A stretch of DNA of 42,357 bases from Gammaproteobacteria bacterium (lineage in GTDB: Bacteria > Pseudomonadota > Gammaproteobacteria > Steroidobacterales > Rariloculaceae). The position numbers and the translations under genes were made by a program. Under the pieces are notes generated by a model that saw nothing but the letters and a program-made list of their open reading frames with translations, was not told the origin of the DNA and did no database searches. Below are positions 1 to 9,380 of this stretch, one piece after another. Location: contig JAOTTJ010000002.1 in NCBI GenBank assembly GCA_029864465.1, positions 1-42,357 on the forward strand. The letters run 5' to 3'. The first letter of the stretch is position 1. Every line of letters starts with the position of its first letter.

Positions 1-1280
1 GTTAGGCCCGCCATGCGCGCGAGCGCTTCGCCGACGCCGTGAAATTTGCCGATCGGCAGCTTGAACTGGCGTCGGATGCGCGCGTATGCACCGGAGGCAT
101 AAACGGCCGCCATTGCGCCGCCGAGCGCGTTGCTCGGAAGCACGATGCCCCGACCGACCGCCAGCAGCTCTACGAGCATCCGCCAGCCCTGGCCGGCCAT
201 CTCGGGGCCGCCGATGATGTTATCGACCGGCACGAAAACGTCCTTGCCGCGCGTCGGACCGTTTTGAAACGGAATGTTAAGTGGGAAGTGGCGGCGACCG
301 ATCTCGATGCCCGGCAGGTTCGTCGGCACGAGCGCGGCCGTGATGCCACGATCCTCTTCATCGCCGATGAGATGCTCCGGGTCGTAGAGCTTGAACGCGA
401 GGCCGAGGACGGTCGCGATCGGCGCGAGCGTGATGTAGCGCTTGTCCCAGTTCAGACGTATCCCGATGACTTCCTTGCCGTCGAATGTGCCGCGGCAGAC
501 GACGCCCGTATCCACGATCGCCGTCGCGTCGGAGCCTGCGCGCGTCGATGTCAACGCGAAGCATGGGATCTCGCTCGAGTCGGCGAGTCCGGGCAGCCAG
601 CGTTGCTTCTGCTCTTCGGTGCCGTAGTGCAACAGCAGCTCGGCAGGCCCGAGGGAATTCGGCACGCCGATCGTCGACGCCGCCGTCGCATTGCGCGAAG
701 CGATCTTCGTCAGCACGATCGAGTTGGCCAGCGGGCTGAAGCCCAGTCCCCCGTACTCCTTCGGTAGAATCATCGCGAAAAAGCGTTGCTCTTTGATGAA
801 CGCCCAGACGCGCTCGGGCATGTCGGCGAGCTCGTGGGTAACCTCCCAGTCGTCGAGCATGCGGCAAAGCGCTTCGGTTGGGCCGTCGAGAAATGCTTGC
901 TCCTCCGCCGTCAGACGCGGTGGCGGCAGTTTGCGCAGGACGTTCCAGTCGGGCATGCCGGAGAAGAGTTCTCCTTCCCACCAGACAGTTCCGGTCTCGA
1001 GCGCGTCCTTCTCCGTTTGCGACAGCGGCGGCAGCATGCGCCGGAAGATATCGAGCAGCGGTTGGGAGACGTACTCGCGCCGCAGCGATTCGACGTTGAG
1101 CAGCGCGAACGGCGCGTACAGCAGCCACAGGACGACGGGTAAAAGGACGTCGTCACTGAGCACCGTGTACGCCACGAGCGCGACGCCGAGGGCGGCGGTG
1201 GACGTTTTCAGATCGACACGCCGGTAGGCCAGCGCGATCGCTGTGCCGATGACGATGAGCAGCCAGAACCAGCTTTCCAC
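1..1280 (-). CDS. fadE: Acyl-CoA dehydrogenase, FadE type (N-terminal ~426 codons; the 3' end runs off the left edge of the window)
   Basis: Hand translation of the minus strand starts at GTG 1280, with GGAGG 7 nt upstream and an in-frame TGA just upstream, and stays open to position 1. It reads [21 protein letters not shown]...[13 protein letters not shown]...[42 protein letters not shown]...[24 protein letters not shown]...[40 protein letters not shown], which is co-linear with E. coli FadE as I remember it. It is missing from the ORF track because it has no stop in the window. Track ORFs 39..767, 358..1128 and 691..1227 are shadow frames. Confidence 0.93.
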   Translation of the reverse strand, partial: MESWFWLLIVIGTAIALAYRRVDLKTSTAALGVALVAYTVLSDDVLLPVVLWLLYAPFALLNVESLRREYVSQPLLDIFRRMLPPLSQTEKDALETGTVWWEGELFSGMPDWNVLRKLPPPRLTAEEQAFLDGPTEALCRMLDDWEVTHELADMPERVWAFIKEQRFFAMILPKEYGGLGFSPLANSIVLTKIASRNATAASTIGVPNSLGPAELLLHYGTEEQKQRWLPGLADSSEIPCFALTSTRAGSDATAIVDTGVVCRGTFDGKEVIGIRLNWDKRYITLAPIATVLGLAFKLYDPEHLIGDEEDRGITAALVPTNLPGIEIGRRHFPLNIPFQNGPTRGKDVFVPVDNIIGGPEMAGQGWRMLVELLAVGRGIVLPSNALGGAMAAVYASGAYARIRRQFKLPIGKFHGVGEALARMAGL

Positions 1281-1323
1281 GACGATGCCTCCGTTCAATC
1301 AGGGCTGCATGCTTGTCTGCGCG

Positions 1324-2313
1324 TCAAAGCAGATCGGCGACCCCGGCGCGCTCCTCGCGCAATTCCGCGTCGGTCGCATCGAGCATGCTGCGGCTGAAGT
1401 CGCTTATCTCCAGGCCGTCAACGACGGTGTACTCACCGCCGCTGCAGGTCACGGGATAGGAGTAGACAACACCCTCGGAGATGCCGTAGCTGCCGTCGGA
1501 TGCGACCCCCATGCTGACCCAGTCGCCAGCCGGCGTGCCGTTGATCCAATCGTGCATATGATCGATCGCGGCGGATGCGGCAGATGCGGCTGAGGAGGCC
1601 CCACGTGCTTTCAGTATCGCCGCGCCGCGCTGCTGCACGGTCGGAATGAAGTCATCGCGATACCAGTCCTCTGGCACCTTGGGCGCCGCCGCCTCACCAG
1701 CGATAGTCGCATGCGAGATATCGGGGTACATCGTCGAGGAATGGTTGCCCCAGATCGTCATCTTGCGCACGTCCGACACGTGGGCGCCCGCTTTGGCAGC
1801 CAGCTGAGTCTTGGAGCGGTTGTGATCGAGCCGGGTCATGGCCGTGAAGTTGCGCGGATCGATATCCGGGGCGTTCTCCCGAGCGATCAATGCGTTCGTG
1901 TTTGCTGGGTTGCCGACCACGAGGACTTTGACATCGCGTGAGGCGGCATCGTTCAGTGCCTTTCCCTGCACGGAGAAAATCGCAGCGTTCGCGACGAGTA
2001 GATCTTTTCGCTCCATACCCAGGGCCCTCGGGCGCGAGCCGACGAGAAATGCGCTGTCGATATCGCGAAAACCGACGTTCGGATCGTCCGTCACCACGAT
2101 ATCGTCGAGCAGGTTGAACGCACAGTCGTCCAGCTCCATCGCGACGCCCTTCAGAGCATCCATCGCCGGCGGAATTTCCAGCAGCTGTAGAACGACGCGC
2201 CGGCCGGGACCGAACAGCTGCCCGGACGCGATACGAAATGCAAGTTGATAACCGATTTGGCCGGCCGCTCCGGTGATGGATACGTGCGCGGGCGCCGAGT
2301 TTTCATTAGTCAT
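1324..2313 (-). CDS. mdh: Malate dehydrogenase (LDH-like type 2 MDH, 329 aa)
   Basis: The N-terminal Rossmann motif is [19 protein letters not shown]. Further motifs are [20 protein letters not shown] and [12 protein letters not shown], all typical of the ~330-aa MDH family. Confidence 0.95.
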   Translation of the reverse strand: MTNENSAPAHVSITGAAGQIGYQLAFRIASGQLFGPGRRVVLQLLEIPPAMDALKGVAMELDDCAFNLLDDIVVTDDPNVGFRDIDSAFLVGSRPRALGMERKDLLVANAAIFSVQGKALNDAASRDVKVLVVGNPANTNALIARENAPDIDPRNFTAMTRLDHNRSKTQLAAKAGAHVSDVRKMTIWGNHSSTMYPDISHATIAGEAAAPKVPEDWYRDDFIPTVQQRGAAILKARGASSAASAASAAIDHMHDWINGTPAGDWVSMGVASDGSYGISEGVVYSYPVTCSGGEYTVVDGLEISDFSRSMLDATDAELREERAGVADLL

Positions 2314-2391
2314 GATTCGCCGAAAGCCTCTGATGTTGATCTGTGAATTCGAGGGGGCGCGATTTTAGCACGGCGCTGCGTAGCAACCGCC

Positions 2392-3108
2392 TCAGGGCTC
2401 GAGCGCCTGCGCGATGTTCACGGGGACCGGGTAATCGGCAAAGGCGAGCCGGAACTCCTCGAGCTCGGAACGGGCGGCGTCGAGCAGCTCGGCATCGATC
2501 TGCGCGGCAATGCAGGCGAGCCAGAGGTCGGCGTCGCTGCGCTCAGCTGTCGTGCACGGTACGGACGCCGGAGCCGCCATTCGCCCGATCGCGCTCGATG
2601 CGACTCCCTCGCGCTCTAGAGCGCCTGCTGCAGTGGGCGCCGAGGCTGCAATGGGGGTGTCCGCAGCCGCTGGGGCGCCCGCGCGTGCGGGCGCGACGAC
2701 TTCCTCGAGCTGCTCGGCGCGCTCCTGCAAGCCCTGCTCGGCAGCGTCCGCAGCGACCGGGACGATCGCGGCAGCCGGTGCGGCGATATCCTCGAGCGGT
2801 GCGGCTTGCTCTTGCACGCGCAGGCGCGGCGCGGCTGCGTCTTGGGCCGTGGGTACCGCGGTCGGCGCGACGAGGTCGCGGCCCGGCAGCGTAAGCCGCA
2901 GCACGAGACCGAGTGCGAGCACGACCGTCGCTGCCATGGCGAGAGACGGCAGGTAGTCGTTGAGGTTGCGCTTCGATTCACGCTTGGCAGCGGCTCGAAT
3001 GAACGCGTCTACGTGCGCGGGCGGCTCATCGTTGAAGCCAGCGTCGCGATAAGCTTTACGTACCTCTTCCAACTCCGGTAGCGGTTGATCATCGCGCGTG
3101 GAGTTCAT
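2392..3108 (-). CDS. Putative membrane-anchored anti-sigma factor (238 aa)
   Basis: Its start overlaps the stop of the upstream ECF sigma gene by 4 nt (ATGA at 3105-3108). It has a short cytoplasmic N-terminus, one TM helix (LPSLAMAATVVLALGLVLRL), then an Ala/Pro-rich low-complexity periplasmic region. The function is inferred from position and architecture only. Confidence 0.55.
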   Translation of the reverse strand: MNSTRDDQPLPELEEVRKAYRDAGFNDEPPAHVDAFIRAAAKRESKRNLNDYLPSLAMAATVVLALGLVLRLTLPGRDLVAPTAVPTAQDAAAPRLRVQEQAAPLEDIAAPAAAIVPVAADAAEQGLQERAEQLEEVVAPARAGAPAAADTPIAASAPTAAGALEREGVASSAIGRMAAPASVPCTTAERSDADLWLACIAAQIDAELLDAARSELEEFRLAFADYPVPVNIAQALEP

Positions 3109-3671
3109 GCATGATCCTCCGTCGTGACGCTGAGATCCCGGCTGAGCGCCTCACGCAGCCGCCGCGTGCCATAGCGCAGGCGGCTCTTGATTGTTTCACG
3201 TCCCGTGCCGACGACCTCGGCGATCTGCTCGAGCGTGAGCCCGGCCTCCTCGTGCAACAAGAACGCTTCGCGTTGCTCTGCCGGCAACGAATCGAGTGCC
3301 GCGACGAATGCGCTTCGAAGCGTACCCGCCTCGTAGTTCTCCTCCGGCCCGGCCGAGGCATCAATCGGATCGAGCGTGGGGTTCGCCTGCGGACGTGATG
3401 CGTGGCCGTGGCGGCGATAATGGTCGACGAGCACGCTGTGCGCGATCTGATAGAGATAAGCCCGAAACGGCGCCTCGGGCTGATAGCGTGTCTTGCTTCG
3501 AATGAGCCGCAACCAGGTCTCCTGAAATAGATCGTCCACGTTGTCTTTGGCTGCCTGACGAGCGAAATACCGATACAGTGGGCCGCGATGTCGTTCGTAC
3601 AGACGCTCGAACGACGCGGCGTGGCCGTCCCGAAAACGCTCCATGAGCTCACGATCCGCTACCGCGTCCAC
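3105..3671 (-). CDS. ECF-type RNA polymerase sigma-70 family factor (188 aa, GTG start)
   Basis: The region 2 signature is DLFQETWLRLIRS...YLYQIAHSVLVDHYRR. The region 4 HTH is LTLEQIAEVVGTGRETIKSRLRYGTRRLREAL. Confidence 0.9.
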   Translation of the reverse strand: MDAVADRELMERFRDGHAASFERLYERHRGPLYRYFARQAAKDNVDDLFQETWLRLIRSKTRYQPEAPFRAYLYQIAHSVLVDHYRRHGHASRPQANPTLDPIDASAGPEENYEAGTLRSAFVAALDSLPAEQREAFLLHEEAGLTLEQIAEVVGTGRETIKSRLRYGTRRLREALSRDLSVTTEDHA

Positions 3672-3933
3672 GCACCGAGCTTAAGTGCTGAACGGCATGC
3701 GGAGGAAGCCCGTCGATCGGGGTTCCGTCTTCGGCGCACTCCTTTATAGCCATGAACGTGCCGGCGCTGCGGACGGGGTTAACTCTGGGGAGGCCGTATC
3801 AGGCGCACGATTCCGGGCGCAGCGCGTCGAAGAATAATCAATCAATATCAATAGATTACGAGAGCGCTCGCGGCCGGCGCCGTGCGACTGCGCCGATACC
3901 GCGATGACAGCTAACTCGGTCGGGTTGCAAGGG

Positions 3934-4974
3934 CTAGTGCTTATCGAGCGCTGCACCGTATTTTCTGATCAGTCCGCGCAGTTGGTGATAGCTCAGGCCG
4001 AGGAGCTCTGCGGTCTGGCGCTGATTGTGCTGCGCCCGCAGCAGCGCCTCGCCCAGTAGTTTCTGTTCGAGCTCGGTCACGGTCGCTTTGAAATCTAGTG
4101 GAAACCTCTGCACCGGCTCGGCGGCGGCCGCCGTCGCCTCGCCCATGTTCTCGTCGGCAACCGGTGTTGCGAACGGATCGAACAGGATGGCTTCGAGGGC
4201 CGCATCGGGGTCTGGCGTACGGTAGACGCTGCGTTCGACCGCGTTTTTGAGCTCGCGCACGTTACCGGGCCAGCCGTGGCCAAGCAGCATGGCGCGTGCC
4301 GACGGGGCGAAGCCCGCAAAGTAGGAACGCTTCAGCTCGCTCGCGATGTTCACGCCGAAGTGAAACGCGAGCGAGAGAATGTCCTCGGGACGCGCCCTTA
4401 ACGGCGGTACGTGAATGACGTCGAAAGCCAATCGATCCAGCAAGTCCGCGCGAAACTCGCCGCGCTGCGCGAGCGCCGGCAAATCCTCGTTCGTGACACC
4501 GATGACTCGCGCATCGGTAGTGAGCGTTGCGGAGCCGCCGACTCGCCGAAACTCGCGGTACTCGATGACGCGGAGAATTTTCTCCTGCATGCGCTGGGAT
4601 ATCGTTCCGAGCTCATCGAGAATGAGCGTGCCGTCGGCTGCACTCTCGAAATGCCCGACGTGCGTTCGCGTGGCGCCAGTGAACGCGCCGGCCTCGTGGC
4701 CGAACAGCTCCGTGTCTAGCAAGCTCTCGGTCAACGCCGCGCAGTTGATCTTCACGAGCGGCTTATCCCAGCGGGCCGAAAGAAAGTGCAGACGCTCGGC
4801 AACTAGCTCCTTGCCCGTGCCGCGCTCGCCCATAACGAGAACCGGGCGATTCAGCGGCGCCGCCTGGGAGACGTGCTCGAGCATCGCGACGAACGCCGGC
4901 GCCTCACCGATCATCGGGATGGCATCGTGCGGATCGGTAGCCATGCGGTGAAAAATACCAGAAAACTGGGTCAA
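3934..4974 (-). CDS. pspF: Sigma54-dependent activator PspF (AAA+ plus C-terminal HTH, no receiver domain)
   Basis: It has Walker A GERGTGKE, the GAFTGA loop (ELFGHEAGAFTGA), RADLLDRLAFDV, WPGNVRELKN, and C-terminal AELLGLSYHQLRGLIRKYG. It is divergent from pspA. The longest ORF starts at TTG 4974. ATG 4944 (MATDPHDAIPMIGEAP...) aligns better with the E. coli PspF N-terminus and may be the true start. Confidence 0.9.
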   Translation of the reverse strand: MTQFSGIFHRMATDPHDAIPMIGEAPAFVAMLEHVSQAAPLNRPVLVMGERGTGKELVAERLHFLSARWDKPLVKINCAALTESLLDTELFGHEAGAFTGATRTHVGHFESAADGTLILDELGTISQRMQEKILRVIEYREFRRVGGSATLTTDARVIGVTNEDLPALAQRGEFRADLLDRLAFDVIHVPPLRARPEDILSLAFHFGVNIASELKRSYFAGFAPSARAMLLGHGWPGNVRELKNAVERSVYRTPDPDAALEAILFDPFATPVADENMGEATAAAAEPVQRFPLDFKATVTELEQKLLGEALLRAQHNQRQTAELLGLSYHQLRGLIRKYGAALDKH

Positions 4975-5078
4975 GAAAGCTAAAGAAAGGCGAAATATAC
5001 CAACATACGCTTGCGGCCTGTTACGCGAGGAAAACCGTTTATGTCTTTAAAACAATGACTTACATCTAGTCAGCGCGG

Positions 5079-5095
5079 TTGGCACGGTTCCTGCT
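5079..5095 (+). promoter_or_regulatory. Sigma54 (-24/-12) promoter of the psp operon
   Basis: TTGGCACGGTTCCTGCT compared with the consensus TGGCACG-N4-TTGCW has GG and GC at correct spacing and only the first T of TTGC replaced by C. An A/T-rich stretch (tttaaaacaatgactta, ~5046-5062) just upstream could be an IHF-type bend site. The divergent pspF gene is adjacent. Confidence 0.75.
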
Positions 5096-5135
5096 AATAC
5101 CTGGACAAGACCAACAGAGGTCTCGGGAGCCGACC

Positions 5136-5396
5136 ATGAGCCGACAGACATTACCCAATGGCCTAATCATCAGTGCAGCATCGAGCGTCCTAGCCGCCAC
5201 GGCCTACAGTGCCGAACCAGCCGGGCAGATCGACCGTGCGGCGTTTCAGACCGAGTTGGCACCCCTGTCGGCAGACACGCGCGCACAGGCCGCAGACGTC
5301 GGCCGTGCGGTCGCCGACAGAGCGCTGGCCGTTACGCACTGCGTCACGCGACTCGCAACCGGAACAGTCATGAAGGCGCTTCGAGGAGGAGACTGA
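5136..5396 (+). CDS. Hypothetical small protein (86 aa) with a signal-peptide-like N-terminus, lying between the psp promoter and pspA
   Basis: ATG 5136 is preceded by GGGAG. The N-terminus is MSRQTLPNGLIISAASSVLAATAYSAEP. Third-position G/C use is moderate. The stop at 5396 lies 5 nt before the pspA ATG, and the pspA RBS (GAGGAGGAG) lies in its last codons. I recognise no homology, and it could instead be a long 5' leader. Confidence 0.4.
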   Translation: MSRQTLPNGLIISAASSVLAATAYSAEPAGQIDRAAFQTELAPLSADTRAQAADVGRAVADRALAVTHCVTRLATGTVMKALRGGD

Positions 5397-5401
5397 AGAC
5401 C

Positions 5402-6073
5402 ATGGGTATTTTTTCTCGATTCAGCGACATCGTTAACTCGAATATCAATTCGATCCTCGACAAAGCCGAGGATCCCGAGAAGATCGTCCGCCTGATGATT
5501 CAGGAGATGGAAGATACGCTCGTCGAAGTTCGTTCGACTGCCGCGCGCTCGATCGCGGATAAGAAAGAATCCGCGAGGACAATCGCAGCATTCGAGAAGG
5601 AAGCGCGCGAATGGCAGGCGAAAGCGGAGCTTGCGATCGACAAGGGCCGCGAAGACCTGGCGAAGGCAGCGCTCGTCGAAAAGGCACACGCTGAACGTTC
5701 GGCGGATGCGTTACGTGAGCAGCAGGCTGCGATCGACTCGGGCTTGGAGCAGCTCGACGACGACATCGCACGGCTCGAAGCCAAGCTTGCCGATGCGAAA
5801 ACACGCCAGCAGACGCTCGTGGTGCGGCACCAGACGGTCAATAGTCGGCTGGAAGTCCGCAGGAAAATCCACGATCATCGCATCGACGACGCGTTAGTTC
5901 GCTTCGATCACTTCGAGCGCCGCATGGACGACATAGAGGGCCGCGTCGAGGCATATGACCTCGGTACACGGAAGGATCTACGGCAGGAGTTCTCCGATCT
6001 CGAGGCGTCCGATGCCGTCGAGCAGGAGCTCGAAGCACTGAAGTCCAAGCGGCGCGACGCTTCCGGGGAGTAG
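5402..6073 (+). CDS. pspA: Phage shock protein A (PspA/IM30 family, 223 aa)
   Basis: MGIFSRFSDIVNSNINSILDKAEDPEKIVRLMIQEMEDTLVEVRS is the canonical PspA N-terminus, and the remainder is coiled-coil. Confidence 0.95.
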   Translation: MGIFSRFSDIVNSNINSILDKAEDPEKIVRLMIQEMEDTLVEVRSTAARSIADKKESARTIAAFEKEAREWQAKAELAIDKGREDLAKAALVEKAHAERSADALREQQAAIDSGLEQLDDDIARLEAKLADAKTRQQTLVVRHQTVNSRLEVRRKIHDHRIDDALVRFDHFERRMDDIEGRVEAYDLGTRKDLRQEFSDLEASDAVEQELEALKSKRRDASGE

Positions 6074-6097
6074 TCCTCCGACGACGGATGAGGTGAT

Positions 6098-6316
6098 ATG
6101 AGCGAAGCAGTTGCCATTTTATTCACCATTTGCGTACTACCGCTCGCGATCGTCATGCACTACATCACCAAGTGGAAGGCGACCAAGGGGCTGACGCAAG
6201 ACGAAGAGCGCATGCTCGAGGATCTCTGGCGTGATAGTCAGGCGATGGAGAGCCGCCTCAACGCGCTCGAAACGATTCTCGACGATGAGCTGCCCGGTTG
6301 GAGGAAGCACGTATGA
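6098..6316 (+). CDS. pspB: Phage shock protein B (72 aa)
   Basis: It has a single N-terminal TM helix followed by LTQDEERMLEDLWRDSQAMESRLNALETILD, the PspB signature. A GAGGTGA RBS precedes the start. Confidence 0.9.
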   Translation: MSEAVAILFTICVLPLAIVMHYITKWKATKGLTQDEERMLEDLWRDSQAMESRLNALETILDDELPGWRKHV

Positions 6317-6711
6317 ATAATGGACGAGAGCCAGGCCCGCGCCGTCTCTTTAGAGACCGCGAGAACGGAATCGTTGCGGGTGTTTGTGCAGGTATTGCCG
6401 ATTACTTCGGCTTCGACGTCACGATAACCCGTATCATCGTTGTTATCGGTTTGTTCATCTTTCTACCCACGACATTGATCGCCTATATCGTGCTCGCATT
6501 GCTACTGCCGACGAAGTCGCGAGAGTCTTCGCGAGTCCGCGATGATGCCTCGGAGACGCTGCAACGGCGTGTTCGCTCGGCGCCGCACTCGACGCTCGAC
6601 AACATCCGACATCGCTTTCGCGAGGTCGACGGGCGCTTGCAGCGATTGGAGAAGTATCTGACGTCGAAGCGGTTCAAGCTCGACAGAGAGTTCGAATCGC
6701 TCAGAGATTGA
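6313..6711 (+). CDS. pspC: Phage shock protein C (PspC domain, 132 aa from ATG 6313)
   Basis: The PspC domain reads LFRDRENGIVAGVCAGIADYFGFDVTITRIIVVIGLFIF. ATG 6313 overlaps the pspB stop (ATGA) and follows GGAGG. The track ORF starts 15 nt earlier at TTG 6298. Confidence 0.9.
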   Translation: MNNGREPGPRRLFRDRENGIVAGVCAGIADYFGFDVTITRIIVVIGLFIFLPTTLIAYIVLALLLPTKSRESSRVRDDASETLQRRVRSAPHSTLDNIRHRFREVDGRLQRLEKYLTSKRFKLDREFESLRD

Positions 6712-6721
6712 CGCTGTAAAT

Positions 6722-6756
6722 GACAGCAGCGCCGCTCACCGGGCGGCGCTGCTGTC
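6722..6756. terminator. Bidirectional stem-loop between convergent pspC and the 6770..7105 gene
   Basis: A perfect 14-bp GC-rich stem pairs gacagcagcgccgc (6722-6735) with gcggcgctgctgtc (6743-6756) around a 7-nt loop. Only short T/A runs follow on either strand (GTTTG / ATTTA). Confidence 0.6.
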
Positions 6757-6769
6757 GTTTGATCTCGAG

Positions 6770-7105
6770 CTACTGATTCGCTTCGAGGAACGCCGTTCTT
6801 TCCTCGTTCCAGGATTCCGCAACGGCTTCCATTTCGGCGACGGCAGCGTTGTGACGGCTGACCATGATGGCCTTGAACTCGTCCGGAGCATCGTCACCAG
6901 CCGCGGCGAGCTCCTCATTCACGCACGTCAGATAAGTATCCATGCTCTCCATGTAGCCGCGGACGCTCTCCTGGGCAGCCACCATATCGTCCATCGTGGC
7001 GTCATCCGCCTCGGGTATCGCGACTAGCGGCGGGTAGTCACAAGCGAGCACAGAGCCCGCAAAGCCGACGGCCAGAATCGCCAAACAAAGCTTCAGGAAA
7101 TTCAT
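6770..7105 (-). CDS. Hypothetical exported protein, possible lipoprotein (111 aa)
   Basis: The signal peptide MNFLKLCLAILAVGFAGSVLAC has a lipobox-like VLAC. The mature part is acidic and helical with a second Cys. I recognise no family. Confidence 0.7.
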   Translation of the reverse strand: MNFLKLCLAILAVGFAGSVLACDYPPLVAIPEADDATMDDMVAAQESVRGYMESMDTYLTCVNEELAAAGDDAPDEFKAIMVSRHNAAVAEMEAVAESWNEERTAFLEANQ

Positions 7106-7203
7106 AGCGTTACCTCAGATCAACACTCGAGTGGAGCTGGCCGAAACTATACCCCACGCCCACAGGCGAATCCAAACGACCGTCACGCTCGTGAAAACAA
7201 GTA

Positions 7204-9231
7204 TCAGGCGAACAGGCGCTTATGCTGGAGTCCACCGCTCGCCTCGTCGAGCAGCAGCTGGAGAACGGCATCGGCGGTCATCGGGTCGCCGAATAGGTTG
7301 CCTTGCACATAGTCGCAACCCTGTTGACGCAGGAATTCGAGCTGGGCTTTCGACTCGACGCCCTCGGCGACAACCTCGAGGTTCAGGCTGTGTCCCATCT
7401 GTATGATCGCCGTCACGATCGAAGCGTCATCTTTGTCGATGGCGACGTCGCGCACGAATGATTGGTCGATCTTCAGCGTTGTGATTGGGAACTGTTGCAG
7501 CGCGCTCAGGGAAGAGTAGCCCGTACCGAAGTCATCGATCGTCAAATGCAGGCCCATGGCGTACAGCGCGTTCAACATCTGAATCGTACGCTCGGCGTCA
7601 TCCATGAGCGTCGTCTCCGTGATCTCGAGCTCCAGGCTTGTCGGCGAGATGCTGTGCGCGCGCAAAATGCTCTTCAGTTGTTCGAGAAACCGTTGTTGCT
7701 GAAGCTGCTTTAGCGAGAGATTCAACGAGACTCTGCTCGGTGCGACGAGTGAACGCTGCCAGGACCGATAATCCTCACACACGCGGTTCAACACCCAGTT
7801 GCCGAGCTGCAGGATGAGATTGGATTCCTCGGCCAGCGGAATGAAGTCCGACGGGTACACGAGCCCCCGCTCTGGCATGTTCCAGCGCACCAATCCTTCG
7901 GCACCGGCGATACGGCCCGTGCCCAGGTGATATTTCATCTGATAGTGCAGCCGCAACTCATCGCGTTCGAACGCTCGTTTGAGCTTGCTCTTGAGCATGA
8001 GCCGGTCGACGGCATCGTTGCTCATCTCCTCGGAATAGAGCTCGAAACAGTTGCCCCCCGCACGTTTAGCGCGGTACAGGGCAGCGTCGGCGTCGCGCAA
8101 TAGGTCGATGACGTTATCCGCGTCACGCGGATACAGGGCAATGCCCATGCTCGACGTAATGAAAACTTCTTGGGCCTCGATTCGAAACGGCTTGCCGATC
8201 GACGCGAGAATCGCCCCCGCCGCCGCCGTCGTGGTATCCAGCGCTTCCCTTTGCGTTGCGAAGCCGCTCAGTAGCACCGCGAACTCATCTCCAGCGAGCC
8301 TGCCCGCGATGCCGCCTTCGGGAAGCTCGGCCAGGATACGTTGCGTGAAGATTTCGAGGGCTCGATCGCCGGAACCGTGCCCGAACGTATCGTTGATGTC
8401 CTTGAACCGATCGATATCCAGATAGAGTAACGCCAGGCACTGCCGAGAGCGCCTCGCTCTGGCGATGTTCTGCTGGAGCTGGTGCTGAAACTGCATTCGA
8501 TTGGAAATTCTCGTCAGCGGATCCGTGCGGGCGAGGAATTTGATGCGATTCTCGACGCGGCGGCGCTCGGCAGCGTTCTGCGCCGCGACGATCCAGCCCT
8601 CGATCGTCTCTCCGTCACGCAGCTCGGCGACCGTATACGACACCGGCACGGCGGTGCCGTCGCGACACAGAAACGTGCCGTCGCTCGAGCGTGCAGCGAG
8701 CTCTCCAGGGCGGGCCTTCGACTCGAGGTCGACGTCGATGACTTGCTGCAGTGGTCTGCCGAGGAGCTCGTCACGTTGGTAGTCGAGCAGATCCGCTGCA
8801 GCGTCGTTGGCGCGCGTGATCGTGCCGAGCGTATCGGTCACGAGAATTGCATCGCTGATGCTTGCGATGAGCCGGTCGAGATACGCACGCGAGCGCGTAG
8901 ACTCTTCGATCTCCGCCCGCAGCGTTTCCAGCGCGTTAGCGAGCGCCGCAATTTCGCGCTCTGACGTCGCCGGCGCTAGCTGGTCATCCGGCACAGCGCG
9001 CAGCGTTGCGGCCAGATCGTCGAGTGGCTGCAACAGCCGCCTGCTGATGACGATGACGAAGGTTAGCAGCGCCGCAATGCCGAGGCCGGCCGCGCCGAAG
9101 ATGATCCAAGCCGCACCCGCCTGTGCCATGGCGGGTGGACGGCCGACGATCAGCGTTGCAACATAGACAGCCAGCAGCGGTGCAGCACACAGTGCAGCCC
9201 AGAAGAGATATTTACGTGTCAGGCGGCGCAT
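7204..9231 (-). CDS. Membrane-bound PAS-GGDEF-EAL c-di-GMP turnover protein (676 aa from ATG 9231)
   Basis: It has two N-terminal TM helices, a PAS-like segment (ISDAILVTDTLGTITRANDAAADLLDY), a GGDEF domain (motif AGDEF at 8281-8295), and an EAL domain (EGLVRW, ELEITE, DDFGTGYSSL, LKIDQSFV, VAEGVES, QGNLF). The track ORF extends to 9414, but that extension overlaps the divergent hydrolase gene and looks non-coding. Confidence 0.9.
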   Translation of the reverse strand: MRRLTRKYLFWAALCAAPLLAVYVATLIVGRPPAMAQAGAAWIIFGAAGLGIAALLTFVIVISRRLLQPLDDLAATLRAVPDDQLAPATSEREIAALANALETLRAEIEESTRSRAYLDRLIASISDAILVTDTLGTITRANDAAADLLDYQRDELLGRPLQQVIDVDLESKARPGELAARSSDGTFLCRDGTAVPVSYTVAELRDGETIEGWIVAAQNAAERRRVENRIKFLARTDPLTRISNRMQFQHQLQQNIARARRSRQCLALLYLDIDRFKDINDTFGHGSGDRALEIFTQRILAELPEGGIAGRLAGDEFAVLLSGFATQREALDTTTAAAGAILASIGKPFRIEAQEVFITSSMGIALYPRDADNVIDLLRDADAALYRAKRAGGNCFELYSEEMSNDAVDRLMLKSKLKRAFERDELRLHYQMKYHLGTGRIAGAEGLVRWNMPERGLVYPSDFIPLAEESNLILQLGNWVLNRVCEDYRSWQRSLVAPSRVSLNLSLKQLQQQRFLEQLKSILRAHSISPTSLELEITETTLMDDAERTIQMLNALYAMGLHLTIDDFGTGYSSLSALQQFPITTLKIDQSFVRDVAIDKDDASIVTAIIQMGHSLNLEVVAEGVESKAQLEFLRQQGCDYVQGNLFGDPMTADAVLQLLLDEASGGLQHKRLFA

Positions 9232-9380
9232 GGTTCTTTTGGTGTTCTCGGTCGCGGCCGGCTTCGTAGACGGTCTTTTCGCCACGAGTATTAGGCGACA
9301 AGTGTGCCTCGCGTTACAAGGAAATGCCAAGAACTCAGCCGTTATGTGATGTCGCCGGTACCGCTTAGCGGCATACAATT

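Noticed and set aside
39-1227. Track ORFs 39..767(+), 358..1128(-), 691..1227(+), 786..1142(+) and others in the first 1.3 kb.
   Set aside because: All have Arg/Ser/Ala-rich nonsense composition. The real gene is the minus-strand FadE frame, which is open to the window edge, and these are its shadow frames.
2343-3108. Open reading frames in several frames on both strands across the anti-sigma gene (2343..2894, 2510..2956, 2616..2981, 2806..3081).
   Set aside because: They are a consequence of the GC-rich Ala/Pro-coding low-complexity segment. Only the minus-strand frame coupled to the ECF sigma gene has a TM helix and a sensible start.
3700-3745. GGAACC-N16-CCTC on the minus strand upstream of the ECF sigma gene as an autoregulated ECF promoter.
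   Set aside because: The -35-like GGAAC is present, but the -10 region does not resemble the usual CGTC/TC motif closely enough to call.
3744-3956. A 70-aa minus-strand ORF in the pspF/ECF intergenic region.
   Set aside because: It overlaps the pspF 3' end, has no RBS and a low-complexity composition. The region contains an A/T-rich stretch more consistent with terminator or promoter DNA.
5326-5342. TGGCCGTTACGCACTGC as a second, pspA-proximal sigma54 promoter.
   Set aside because: The GG to GC spacing is two nucleotides too long, and the surrounding positions do not match the consensus.
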